A stretch of DNA of 63,908 nt, filler included, from Asterionella formosa (lineage: Eukaryota), in the NCBI GenBank assembly GCA_002256025.1. It is 11 parts of 10 records of this genome, joined end to end, with 100 filler letters (N's around TTAATTAATTAA, not from the genome) between each part and the next. Parts side by side here need not be neighbours in the genome. Positions count along the whole stretch, not along the records: positions 13,127 to 19,585 come from NKIB01012702.1; positions 19,686 to 26,137 come from NKIB01012703.1; 9 more parts are not named here. One strand, written 5' to 3'. Below are positions 13,255 through 26,137 of the stretch, one piece after another. The notes beneath the pieces were generated by a model, which was not told the DNA's origin, ran no database searches, and was given only the letters and a program-made list of their open reading frames with translations. The position numbers were made by a program, and so were the translations under genes. Position 1 is the first letter of the stretch; every line of letters starts with the position of its first letter.

Positions 13255-13400
13255 AATTATGTGAACGAAATTACAGAATTACGTGAAGGATTTCAAATAA
13301 TTATGTGAAGCATTTCAAATATTTATGTGAAGTATTTCAAATAATTATGTGAAGTATTTCAAATAATTATGTGAAGTATTTCAAATAATTATGTGAAGGT
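13255..13400 (+). repeat. Minisatellite, ~6 x 21-22 bp (aattatgtgaagtatttcaaat)
   Basis: Direct tandem units visible. Confidence 0.9.
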
Positions 13401-13599
13401 GATCACATAATATAGTGATGATCAGGAATGCATGCATGATACTTTGATCAAATATTTAACGTGATGTATTCAGATAATATATAGACATCTTCAACTACGT
13501 ATTTTGATGTATTCAACTAATTCATGTGATGCATTCAAAATCAAGTAGGCTTATTTACGTGATGGTCACTTCACGTAATACGCGGCTTAGATGCACTAC

Positions 13600-14462
13600 T
13601 CCTTCTTTATTCAACCATTTCTTATTTGGGAATTCAACAGCAATCCCTCCCGCAACCATCTCCTTGTACACTTGCTCATACATTGCTTAGAAAATTATTG
13701 TAAGTGCACCAATCGGCTCGCTTGCTTTCAAATTTAACACCACGTTTAGCGGTCACTAAGTCTCTCTTCCTTTTCATGAACCCTCTCCAGTAACCCACTC
13801 CAAGTTTCGGATTTTTATTAGATCGGTATGCAGAAAAATGAGTTTGTCTCCATGAATTGACACTGTCTCCTATTTTAGTTCCAGATATTAGGGAGTTGGC
13901 AAGTCAAAGACCATCACTGACAGACATAGGATTTCGCATTCGGGCAAGTTGATGAATCAATTCCACCATGTACGGTTCTATTGCAAGCATTGGGCTTACC
14001 CTTCCATGTCGGTGCCCCATTTTTGTGTGAGACTCTGTTGACAATTGTGCTTTTATTCATGAAAGTTTCTTCTGGCAGCTCATTCCTTGTCTTTGCTTCT
14101 GTTATGATCATCGCAAGTAGTATTCCATTTTTTACTCGCCTATTGGCATTTATGAAATTTTCTTGAGCAACAGCATACAAATCACATATTTCCCTCATGG
14201 CAATTTCATGTCGTTGCCCAACATCTCGTACAGCAGCTGCAGTGGCACCCTTTGGTCTTCCTCCAGTTATTGTGCTGGTTGTTTGTTGATTAACACTGCC
14301 TTCTGCATCTGCTGTTCTCATCTCGCCCTCACCAAAATTCTCACAGGTATGTTTAATATTGTGTGTGTCATTCTGCTCTGCGCTTGTCAGCTCATTTAGC
14401 TGCTGGCTATCAAATGATATCTCACCACCACTCTCCTCTTCGTCCTGCTGTGTTTGAAACAA
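13600..14462 (-). pseudogene. pogo/Tc5-like transposase N-terminal remnant (HTH/CENP-B-like region)
   Basis: GGRPKG..., then after a frameshift EPYMVELIHQLARMRNPMSVSDGL*LANSLISG..LGVGYWRGFMKR..KRADWCTYNNF. Contains stops and frameshifts. Confidence 0.6.
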
Positions 14463-15712
14463 ATAAAATAAATGAATTGCTGGGGTGGTTGCTGCAGCTA
14501 GCTACTGGTGAGGAAACAAAATTAGTGGGGATGGCGGTGGCAAGGTTCCTAGGAGCATAAAAGTCGCTGGTCGACTTTGTGGAAAGGGAAGCAAAAGTCA
14601 GAGAGGATGAGGCGGCATTACCCATAGCAGCTGAGAACAACGTGCTGGTCGATGTATTAGTACTAGAGTAAATCTCATTAAATAATTTCTTGTTCTTCTT
14701 CATCTGGTACGTGACATGGTTAATTGATAGCCATGGGAGCAATCTTTTTCTAGCCTCCAGCCACCACTTTAGAAATAGTGCCATATGGCGCGCATTTTAT
14801 CTCCGTTGTTAGCCTTGATAGCTTCCAACTCTCGAATTACATTGTTGAGGTTTAGCTGCTCAATTTCCGTTTCATGAGGAGTTAGCATTCCTTGGTCTGC
14901 CAACATGATTACAACGATGACTCCGCAAATAATTGTATATTATGAGACTTACAAGTTGGATTTGTAGGCTAATTTTTATGTCATGCATACCAGCCGCAGT
15001 GCTGGTTTACTAGTAGTCTATCATGCCAGTACCAGGTACCACTAGGTTATAATATTTATTTCTTGGCGCACCCGCACTTAAACAAGCAACTCTAAAAAAA
15101 CAAGTTATTATGGCGCACAACTTAATTGCAATGGCGAAAACATGCCATAGTAATGATGCGGAAAAGTCTTGAAACAAGCTAATTATTTATATAGCTTCAG
15201 CTTCTCCTATGTGTTGAAAAAGTCATGCAGGCTCAATGGGGTAAAACTGATTTGGACCAAAAGCCGTCGACAGCCAATTTTGGGCTACTATAACTAAAGA
15301 ACTGGTACGAGATTGTAGTGTTCAAGTACGAACAATGCTGGTCCTTACATGCACAGGAAGAACTTTGTCTAATGCAGATTTATAATATTACAAATATTCG
15401 TCTCAAATCGTGTGATTACCCCGTTTTGTTATGCCTACTATCAGTACAAAACTGAAAGTTTGTATGACTCTCAGTCATTAGGTGGTACCTTGTACAGGTA
15501 TTAGTACTCCATAAACTCATCATAGTAAGTCACAACTACCGTCCAGTATAATTCTCTATTTACCTACCGGTACATCAATGCTCCATGTCTGGTACCAGGT
15601 ACCTGTTACCAGTACATCAATGCATCACGTACCGACCTCAAGCTAAGTACGGTATGAACCATCGGAATCCGTCATCCGTTTTCCACTGTACAAAAGTATT
15701 GAATGCAGCAAG

Positions 15713-15860
15713 TCATTTTTAGGTTTTCCCGCACCTAAAATTCCGAGAACTGAAAAGGAAGTTAAACTTTGTCTGTAGCCTTGTACCAACATTCGTCTGT
15801 AGGACGAGAAAATATTCTAAATCATTTCCTGAATTTTAGGTGCGGAATAACCTAAAATGA
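15713..15860. mobile_element. MITE-like element, ~40-bp imperfect terminal inverted repeats
   Basis: tcatttttaggttttcccgcacctaaaattccgagaactga vs reverse complement of tcatttcctgaattttaggtgcggaataacctaaaatga. Confidence 0.7.
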
Positions 15861-16139
15861 ACCTCAGGGGCAATTAATATAACCTAAATTTTCCCACCTT
15901 CTTAATCAGGGCAGAAAAATGAGGAGTTTTGTCTCCCCAAAAATTGGGCTATCAAGAAAAGAGGACGCTTGTAAAAACCGCATGTTTGTTTGATCCTGTT
16001 CTGTGAATCATTTGTCGTCGTATGCACATATGTACCGGTAACGGTATTATATTGTTCAGGCAATAGTACACCAGTACTGCTGGGCGGTACTACCGGTAGA
16101 TACCAGTTACTCCGTCCCAGATACCAGTAGCTGGAACCA

Positions 16140-16280
16140 GGGACATACGGAAAACGTGCTTGTACACATTGAAGTGAATTGTTGACATGCGTTTAAAAGT
16201 TCGCCGCAAAACTAAAAGGGCCGGCGGGGTAAAATGCATGCATGCCGGCCTTTCCACCAAGGAAACTTTTAACTTAAGGT
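16140..16280 (+). repeat. Dispersed repeat with GC hairpin, second copy ~37578-37768
   Basis: atacggaaaacgtgcttgtac..ttcgcc.caaaactaaa..ggcc.gcggggtaaaatgcatgcatgccggcctt..ggaaact is present in both copies. Confidence 0.8.
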
Positions 16281-19200
16281 TCCTGCATTTCAACCCTAAG
16301 GCAAAAATTAAAATATTGCTTAGGGCTGCCGAAATTACCTGGAACTAAGAATTTTTATGATTCATTTTTTGAATGACATGATTCCATTTGAAATATTCCA
16401 ATCAGTGGAAATTTGTGCATACATATATAGATTCCTTTTCGAATTCACTAAATATATATATAAACATTCTGCATTGCTCGATGTACCCTGGTATAGTATA
16501 TAGTAACCTACACTGGTAAAACAATCAACATATATGTGGCATACAAGCTGGCAGCATCATGGAAAATATTGTTGATGACTACCGGTAAGAAACAAGCAAA
16601 GGCAACAATCCACCATGATCGAAATTACACATCACAACGATGACAACGGCAATGACGAATTTAACTACAGCCATGACAGTTGTCCTACCTGAGCTGTCAA
16701 GACCAGTTGATTGTAGAGTCGGCTGTGGAGGGATGCTGTGAGGATTGCATCTTCTGCGAATACTGCGATTTTGATTGCCCTGAATGTCAGTGCTGATGGG
16801 ATGAAGTCGAAGAGTTGGTGAAAAATTCTTGGAAGGTGAATCCATTTTCAGCAGAGTAAAGGATGAAGACATAAAAGCATCAAAAGCCCGCAATCTTCTA
16901 TACAATTTTTCAATCAGAGTTTTCTGTGGTCCATTGGGAAGAGGTCGTCTGTAAATAAAAGAACCGTTAGGCCTAACAGTTTTGCTGTAAGACCCACTGC
17001 CCCAAAAATTCTCAGTATGACTTGCCATTTTTTGACTGATCCTACAAAAAAACTGATTGATCATACAAAAAAACTGATTGATTGATCAATATTGTATCAT
17101 TGATCGTACGTATGATTACCATAGATCACATGCATATTATGTAATATCTAATCGATTGCATTGCTTTGTAACATTAATAACCAAGCACACTTAGTATATA
17201 CTTATCATATATATATATCAATGAGTTTCAAATCAATAGGTCATACGATATGCTTATGATCAATGCAGGACTCTCACTCATATTATCAACTAACGTTTTG
17301 GTGTTCGATCTAAAGATAGTAATCGTGAGATCAAATCGGTTATTCATTCGGTCTAACAATTGGAATGCTAATATCAAATAGAAGTTTCAGCTTTCGATCT
17401 AACATTCATTAATACTGATCTAACTTATTTCTCTCATTGATCATACCTGTGTTCGATCAATGATGAACACAAATCGAATGAAATGGATTGCTTTTTTAAT
17501 ACTCAAATATTCTACTTCTGGTTTCCCATACTTTCCACTGTGCATCCTCTATCAGAATGAGCACAAAATTGTCATCAATACCTTAATTTTCACTTCCGGT
17601 AGCTATGTTTAGATTATTGCCTATTCAAAATGAAATGAGAGAGTCAACGAAATTGATGATGCCTTATTCGAACCTCTACCATTGCGAATGGCAGCAAGTC
17701 ACACTCTCCAATGTTCTTCTTATACGACTTTCCTGTAATATATAATAACAGCAATGTCAGCAAAACTGATGCATCAAGTAAGCGTAAGCAAGGCATCTAA
17801 ATGTAGATATGTGCAACGAAACGATCAATGAACAATCCATCACTCCAATTTCCGCATGAGCAGGCAATGTGCATATTACTTACCTATGCTCTCATGGTTG
17901 ATTGTTGCTTTCATTAAGAATGATAGCAAGCAAGCCACTTTTTCCAAGGTTCCTGTATGATTTTGAGGAGATAATATCAATGTTAGCAAAAGTGTTGCAA
18001 CGATTAAAGCATCTCCAGCCACACATGTGCCACGAACTGATGACATAAACAATCTATGTAACGCACTTCACGTTCCAATCGACATAATGAGCATCAAATG
18101 AGAGTATAGTAACTTACCTATGCTCTCCCATTTGATTGATAGGTGACAGGTAGCGTTGTTAACTCTCACTTCTGCGTGCATATATGGAAGGGAAAGATGT
18201 TATTAATGTCGAAATCCAAATTATTGGACACAGACACTACAAAGCCTCTGATATCTTCGGTTTCTTACCTCGTATTTAGGTTGATTTTTATCGTTCGTCC
18301 TGAGGAAGTATACCGGTAGAAACTTTGAGTGGTAGCAGCGCACACCACGAGCAGCGATACAATTTTATAGTTGGCTTTCGGTCTCACACGGTACCGATCA
18401 CAAGCCCCTTGGTAGCCACAGTTGAGATCATATAACTTACCTCTTCCCACCGGTTATATTGATACCGGTAGAAGGCTCTCGATCACCATTCCCTCATCAG
18501 TTTGTTATGTGGAACAGAACGCATTACCGGTATGAATTTTTTAACAATATCTCAACATTTCCTCTTCTTCAAAAAGTGTGTATAACATACATCTCTGCAT
18601 GTCTAGTAACTTTTTTGAAGGAACATTTAATACCCTACCAGTATGTTATGTTAGATAAAATATACAAGACTTAACAGGAATTCGAATACTGTACCCGATA
18701 TACTTCCAGTTATCATATCCTATATAGTGGACAGGAGTGGACACCATGTATCATAGGTAGATATACATACCGTCAAATTTTACTGGTACTTACATGATGG
18801 AGGAATACTGGAACTTACATGATGCTCAGTAGAGTACAGTAACAGGACCTCGTACATCACCGTTATCCAAGCGGGAACTACCCTGGTACCAGGGGGTACC
18901 GTATATGTCGTCTATGTTCCTGTTGGTACTGTTCTGACGTTCAAATTTGTCGACGGTATTGATCCATACTACCGTTTGGTATTTGAACATGATTGAAAAC
19001 ACTTGAAAGGCATTATTATGATATAATGCCGAAGTACTCAGATTATAACATAGGTAGTGAATGATAAATTAACATTTCTGTATGATCTAAGAAACCAACT
19101 CCCTTTTTAATAATTTGCGCGCCAATAATAATATGAGACTTTTCTCTTTTATTATTGTTTCATTCTTTGATTTTAAAGCATCAGCGGCCCGTTTACCTTG

Positions 19201-19685
19201 ACTCCTGTACATTGTTATCCTCATGTCCGGTAGAGGAATAAAAAGAAGCGATAATTCTAGAGTTGAAAACAACTTACCGCAACAGTAACCAGGATGAAAA
19301 GACTCGGAAAAAAGCCTTCCTACTCATGTCAAACATAGCAGGCGTTTCGTTACTCCTGCAACGAAATTGTCTCATGAGTACGAAGAGTTTGTAACAAATA
19401 CAACTGCTTCAACAAAGCAGCGAGATCATCACCAAGATTCAGATTCTGACAATGATGATATTTTGTCAGAACTGTTTTCTCCTGGTAACAAGCAGAAGGT
19501 TCCGCCTTTTTATCCACCCATTCAAGGAAGGAGTGACAATTCACCAGTCACTGATAATCCAAAGACAAATATTATGGACTTACATNNNNNNNNNNNNNNN
19601 NNNNNNNNNNNNNNNNNNNNNNNNNNNNNTTAATTAATTAANNNNNNNNNNNNNNNNNNNNNNNNNNNNNNNNNNNNNNNNNNNN

Positions 19686-19805
19686 AGGGAGGATCCCATC
19701 TTTGAGCTCCACCGAATCTTCGTGCCAGTCGGCCCAAAACAATAAGACAAGCTTGCACTTATCTGGAGGAGGAGACGAAGCCGTGTAGGCAGCTATAGAA
19801 GTCAT
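19686..19805 (-). CDS. 5' fragment of a probable multidomain monothiol glutaredoxin (Grx3/PICOT-like Trx domain), cut by contig end
   Basis: MTSIAAYTASSPPPDKCKLVLLFWADWHEDS.. has the Trx-like LxFWAxW motif. Only 40 aa are visible. Confidence 0.5.
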
Positions 19806-20810
19806 GCTTGGAAGATTAGAAGTCTGCAATGCTGTCTCGTTGAGTCTAAAACAAAGCAAGAAATGAAGTCGGTGAGTACCGTTATTCCACGTCGCAAATT
19901 GGTCATGGTATGTGGTTTGTAAATATACCGTACATACATAGACTCCGGTCGTATGTGCATGTCGTCGTAGCACGACGATCAAAAATAAATGCAAGATTTA
20001 TCGGTACTGCGGCTAAATGCACGGTTGGAAAAGGACAGACCGGTATGCATACCCGGTAGTACCTGGTACGTGGTACTATATCTTTCTTCCAAAATACAGT
20101 ACAGTACTTACATAGCACGTACAGTGCATGCACGAATTTACACATCGTTTTCGAGCTTCTTGGAACAAAGGTTACTTCCAGCCTGGTTAGACACTACACG
20201 GCCTTGTCCCCTTGTAGCAGCAGGATGCTCTACCAGGAGCTCCGGGTCATTTACGTATCATGTTGTTGCTGTATGTAAGTATATACAGGTATGTGGTAAA
20301 CAGAGGACGAGTGACCGAAGACACGCATGGTTGCATAAAATGATTGCTGCGTGATGGAGATCATGTCATTGTTCACCTCCGTTTCTGTTTACCAGGTATA
20401 CCAGGGGTACCAAGTATGCCAGGGTATGTGGTACCAGTACCGTACCAGGTACCGGTGCCTTACTCATACCAGGTACCAGGTACCATACACTGGTGCAGAT
20501 TGCAGATATTATACATACCACATCCTGTAAAAAACAACGTATTTCCTTTGTAGGCTTGGATATCGGATACAACCGGTATGCATTTCTTTCGTTCCCTCGC
20601 ACTCTCTCCGCCGCCTAAAAAACTGTGATTTCGTTACATTTTTCCCACAGAGCACCAAAATTGATTTTGTTCAACACAAATGCATGGTAATGATATTTCA
20701 AGTGCTGGTCAGCTATCCGGGCTGCTGTACATAGTTGATGATCTTGCCTTACCACAAGCACTTCACTACCGTAAACCTTAATAAAAAGAGCTATCGATCA
20801 AGTAGCATCG

Positions 20811-21707
20811 ATGTTTGCGATGCGCTTTGTGTTGTTTTCTCGGGCTAACCAAGTCTTGAGAACCAAGAAGCAGTTGTCAACGACTTCCTTAACCGACATT
20901 TTGCTGCAAGTCCAGTCAGGCCAACTATCAATTGATCAAGCCAAACACCGCCTACAAACGGCACCCGACGAAACTCTCCAATCATTTGCCAATCTCGATC
21001 ATGCTAGATCCAAACGAACTGGGTTTCCAGAAGCTATTTTTGCTGCTGGCAAAACAGCTCTCCAAGTTGCATCAATCCTCGACGATATGGCCCGGAATGT
21101 TAATGACACATCGTCGCACGAAACGACCCATGTTAGTAACGCCATTCTAGCCACTCGCGTCTCACCTGAACTGTACCAGGAGATTTTACTGTATCCGCTC
21201 AAGAACGGAACTCTCGTGTACCATGAGACCGCAAAGATTATATCCATGGTTGCGTCCAGTTACCAAAATCGGGCAGCTGTATCATGCAAATTTTCAAAAG
21301 TAGTGATCGCTTGTGCGGGAACCACAGATTTGCCAGTCGCCGAAGAAGCTGCTGTGACATTGGAAGCTGCTGGCTGCGACGTGGATCGTATTTATGACGT
21401 TGGCGTCGCTGGATTGCATCGCATCATTCACGCCTTGCCGAGACTGCAGCACGAGACTGTGGGCTGTGTCATTGTATGTGCTGGTATGGATGGAGCTTTG
21501 CCATCTGTAGTGGGTGGATTAGTGAGTGTGCCCGTGATTGCAGTACCGACGAGTATTGGCTACGGAGCCGCCTTTGGAGGAGTAAGCGCGATGTTGACCA
21601 TGTTAAACTCATGCGCTCCTGGAGTCGGCGTGGTGAATATTGACAACGGATTTGGAGCGGCAGCTCTTGCGTACAAATGTGTATCGAATGCAATCAAAAA
21701 AAGATAA
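20811..21707 (+). CDS. larB: LarB family (nickel-pincer nucleotide biosynthesis NaAD carboxylase/hydrolase; PurE-like/CpmA), with putative mitochondrial presequence
   Basis: FANLDHARSKRTGFPEAIFAAGKT, AGTTDLPVAEEA, DVGVAGLHR, AGMDGALPSVVGGLVSVPVIAVPTSIGYGA, MLNSCAPGVGVVNIDNGFGAA. Intronless, 298 aa. Confidence 0.9.
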   Translation: MFAMRFVLFSRANQVLRTKKQLSTTSLTDILLQVQSGQLSIDQAKHRLQTAPDETLQSFANLDHARSKRTGFPEAIFAAGKTALQVASILDDMARNVNDTSSHETTHVSNAILATRVSPELYQEILLYPLKNGTLVYHETAKIISMVASSYQNRAAVSCKFSKVVIACAGTTDLPVAEEAAVTLEAAGCDVDRIYDVGVAGLHRIIHALPRLQHETVGCVIVCAGMDGALPSVVGGLVSVPVIAVPTSIGYGAAFGGVSAMLTMLNSCAPGVGVVNIDNGFGAAALAYKCVSNAIKKR

Positions 21708-21955
21708 GCGATATTAAAACGACGAAAAAGAGAAAGTTTTAATTAGGTTCGGGTTAAGTCCATTATCGGGTACTTTCTTTTCTCCCTCAATCCAAAGAAA
21801 TTTGTTCAATTCATTTTGAAAATGTCGTATTGTCAAGTGGTTTAGTTCTCAGCTTTCCCAGCGGATAAAATAATTGCAAAGTGGAAGCAATTAAGAGCGC
21901 TAAATGCAATGGTATACAAACTCACGATTGAGAGTGCTACATTACCACTCGTTTC

Positions 21956-24241
21956 TTACCAGCTCCCAGTCTCGGCAATGCTTGGGGCACGCGCTCGTTT
22001 CAATGAGCGGTTCCACGCCTCCATGGGAAAGCGTTGCTGAGGAGATAGTGGCAAACTAGATTTTGTCGAATAGCTCGATGTGACGCTTATGCCATGCAAA
22101 TAGGCTGCGCTATCAGCGGAAACTGCCATATGCCTATGGGTTTGAGACTCGTCCTCGTCCTCGTCGTTGTCACTTTCGTCATTGACGTCAGAACTGGAAT
22201 CAGATTGTGATACATCATCGTTGACATCGTTATCCTCATCCTCAAGTAATATTTCACAAGTTTCTTCAATACTCCCTTCCCAATGTTGATAGAGGGCATC
22301 AATAAACTTATGTGAACGCCGCAGTAGATAAGGATCAAACGGGAAAAAAGAATCTAGAGGATTCGAACCACGTCCCAAGCCACCTACACCTTGTTTCATG
22401 CGCTGCTTAGCCAAGGTTGCCTTGGTCGACAGGACAGACCCCCGGGGTGTCGACTTCGTTGCAACACGCCTAGCATCGAGAGCTAGCGCTTTCAGCAAGC
22501 TGTCGTCAAAAATGGAAAAAACTGACGCAACGTGCAGAAATTCCTCTCGCACAGATTCCAAGCAAAATAACATTGGTTGTAGTACATTTCCGCATAGACG
22601 GACCCATCGTGCATTACTTAGGTCAATGTATGATAGTTCTGGATACGGAGCATTGTCTTCATTTGGATGTTCCTTCCAATACGCCTTCGCTGTTTCATAA
22701 TATTCCATTGCTTGTCGACCACGAAAGCACATAATATAGCAGGCCGCTTGACTGACAGTATAAAAAAGTGAATGTTGCTGACACTGCAATCGCACATCCG
22801 ACCCACCTGTCTCAGTGGTGGATTGCATATACGCCTCGGCCCATTTTAACAATGCTGATATACCTTCACACATGGTTTCCGGGCAGACATAATTAGCCCG
22901 ACTAACGAAGGAGGCCAAATAGCAAGCAGCAGTCTGTCTTGTCACGGTGGCCTTGTAAGGATTATACAGAATTTGAATCAAAAGCTGACAAAAATCTCGG
23001 TATAATTGCGTATTGCAGGCATCATCAGAAGCATTTGGGTCTAATCCGCAAATACAAAATAGTAAAAACTGAACAAATTTCGACTTGTGCGTTGTGAGAA
23101 TATTGGATTCAAAAATGGGTAGGAGAATGCGAAATAAGCGTGTAGCCGTGTTGGAAGATTTCGGAATGTGCGTCGAAATGTATTCCAAGAGGAGCAACAT
23201 GAGAGAATCGAGCTTGTCAGCCATTTCATCCACAGCGATTATCTCCGAGTCGCTTTCCGTCCGTTTGACAGGATAATCCATTTCAAGCTCAAAGATGTCA
23301 TGGTCGCTGTCGACACTTCGTTCCACTGTGGCTTCGCCTTCGTGATCAATTTTAATCTCTACATCTATTTCCAAGGCCTTGTCAACCAGCAATTCCAGAA
23401 TTTGATGTTCCAGAGATGGAACATATACCAAAATGTGGAGCATATTTCTTGCATAACTATCCACGACGTGTCTTGGATTCGTGCGAAAGGGAAAATTGGC
23501 GGCCAATAGCGTCATGACGACATCGGTCTCAGCCTTGGGACAAATTCTCACCATTGTGGCCAAACCAGAATGTAATAGTTGCGGTCTTTGTATGCATAGG
23601 TGCGAGATGAGTGAGTGAACAGTTCAATGCGACCAACGCCAAAAGACTTGCACAAACCCGTGCTTGATACCCGCCAAGAACAAACAATCAAGCAACTCAT
23701 TTTCAACAAAAAGTGTCAGTACATACCTTTTGTCTTCTAACCTCATGTTCTCGCCGTCGCCATTGGCAGTCAGCAACTTCCAAATGCAACTCGTGGCAGC
23801 AGTGACAAAAACAGAATTGGCACTTACAATTGCAATCAACAAGTGCAAGTGCGCCACTGCTAATGAATGGTCTTCGTAACACGATGTATCTGCCGCCTTG
23901 CTGTTGGGCTCGAACGGGTCCAGTCGAAACAACAAGTGCAGCAAGTGAGCATGCATCTTGTTGTTGGAGGTGAGGAGAGTCAAAGCGGACGTTCTCAGTG
24001 CCAGCAACACTTTGTGCAACATGGGCGGGTCTAGACGCCTGCGCAAACAATCCAGTACAGCGCGGTAGCCAGGGGAAGCTTGATCCTGAATAGAGGCCAG
24101 AACGAAAGCCTCGACGGGCTCCAAGGCGGAAGATGGAGGTGTCGTAAGTGAAGGGAGCGTTAGCATTTGTTGCAATGCCGATGCTGGTGACGAGTCGCCG
24201 GCTTTGTCGGAAGACTCTGATTCATCTAACGCCATGCTCAT
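21956..24241 (-). CDS. RRN3: RNA polymerase I transcription initiation factor RRN3/TIF-IA (exons 24241-23727, 23585-21956)
   Basis: IDVEI, LDSLM, THKSKFVQFLLF, YLASFVSRA, QAACYIMCFR, LDSFFPFDPYLL motifs. GT-AG intron 23726-23586 joins ..EDKR|PQLLHSGLATM in frame. Confidence 0.92.
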
Positions 24242-25456
24242 TTTTCTTCTTGTATCTCGAGGCAAATGCAGGGCACTCTCAATTGATCAAACAAATGGAT
24301 TTCTCGTATGATAACGGAGCAGGCGACTTGTGACAACCTGCTCAGCTGCACAGCAGAATAAAAGACTTTTCGAGAGACCAGGCGGATCATCAGCCATCCA
24401 AACCGCAGACGAGCATGCAAATTTAATAGAAATACCGACGTTTCTTTACGATATTCTACCATAAACGGATCTGGATTGAAAAACATTAAAATAAGAAAAT
24501 ACCGATCATACTGGTGTACATACCGGTATTCCGGGATTCATTGTTCCTCTTGACGAGCAGCACGAGGGGAAGATCGACCATGTACAGTACCAGTACACCA
24601 TTTGATATTTGCTGGCTCTCAAGAATCATCTGGCTCAGCACCTGATTGGTCGCATTTCGCCACCTCGCTCGTCTTTATCATGGTTTGAACTCCTTTTATG
24701 AGGAAAAAGGCCAGGAAATCATTTCATTCTCACACTTTTTCGGTTTCAACCATGGATAAATGATGAAGTAGCACCCTGCAGGCAGGTAGATACCAAAAGG
24801 CTGGTGTGTGACAAAAGACTTATTGTCATCATCTCATACTATGACAGCTACCCATTTTCAAACAACTATAGTAGCCACAGGAAATGATTTATGATTTGCA
24901 ATGAAATTGGCTGATACTTGCTGTCTCACAGCAATAGTAGCTATTAGAAATCAGCTCAGCAGCATGTTAGAAATAAAGTAGCTAGCTAAGAACAACATTA
25001 TATTGTAATCAGCAAAAAATGTGATCAATCCACAATAGACAGTAAACTATTTCCATTATGTTCTCATCTTTCTGGTGGTCCTCCTCTTGTTTCAACTCAT
25101 TTCACAGGTGACTGTGGTGATTTCATGAAAATTTCTCACATGTACTGTTTCAGATAGACCCGCAAAGAGTTCGCAGTTGATGTTCCCCATTTTTTGAAGG
25201 AGTATGCAAAATGACATTGTTGCATATTTTGTACTGACAAAATAGTCTACTCGCTCAGACACTAGTAGCTAAATGGAGTAAAAATTAATTTAGCTCCTTC
25301 ACTCCATTTCTTGTCTACATCAATCCTTGAGCTTAAGTACATGGTACTACCAGGTACCAGTAGTATGTATGTAATGCAAAGATGGATGAAGAGTTCAAAC
25401 AAGTACAACAATTGTTGTTTATTATGTACTATATATAAATCATTGTTATAATATTC

Positions 25457-25649
25457 TTGCTTGATTCATTATGTTCGTACCTAGCATATTTAGTCCAAAA
25501 CATGAATTTACTCGATTTAACATTGGCTCTCACTTTTTAGGTTGCAAGAGCCAATGTTTTGAAGATTTTGAACTGAGAGCCAATGCTAAATCGAGTAAAT
25601 TCATGTTTTGGACTAAATATGCTAGATACGAACTTAATGAATCAAGCAA
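25457..25649. repeat. Long near-perfect inverted repeat (76-bp arms, 3 mismatches, 41-nt loop); foldback/MITE or hairpin RNA locus
   Basis: 25457-25532 is the reverse complement of 25574-25649. Confidence 0.9.
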
Positions 25650-25650
25650 T

Positions 25651-26137
25651 GGGCGCGCTCTGATAATAAAAAATTATTATATCATGTGTGTATTATAACA
25701 CAAATTATTCTGGTGATCTGCTACATAATATCGTCCTTGCGCTCTGATAATAGAGATATTTTAGATTACTTCTCTGACATTATATATATTTTTAACTTTA
25801 ATTTTCAACAGTTAAATTTTCATATCGATGCATCCTCTTGTATGCTATGCCGCCTCTTGTTCATTATATGCATGAGTTCTATATATTCATCATCGTCAGT
25901 CACTGACCATGTCGACTTTCATCTCATCTCCTGATGATGATGATGACATTATGATCACATTGCTACTGCTGTTAGCAATGTTCTATCCACCAGTAAATAG
26001 GACGCCATCGTTCAGGGAAAGTTTGACTGTTGATGAGGTCAGAAGAAGAAGTGGCAAAATCCGTCGCCACGCACTACAGCATCCATTATCGAGTCCATTC
26101 TGGACTTTGTTCAACAGCAAGCATGATGATGCTCTGA
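25651..26137 (+). mobile_element. 5' end of a PIF/Harbinger-like element with transposase N-terminus, cut by contig end
   Basis: gggcgcgctctgataa terminus-like sequence. ORF ..RRRSGKIRRHALQHPLSSPFWTLFNSKHDDAL resembles stramenopile DDE_Tnp_4 N-termini. Confidence 0.55.

Noticed and set aside
20811..21707. Annotation as purine-pathway PurE, or as bacterial contamination
   Set aside because: Has the LarB-specific N-domain (DxxRxxRTGFPE) and PTSxGYG / NIDNGFGAA motifs, and shares a contig with a spliced eukaryotic gene.
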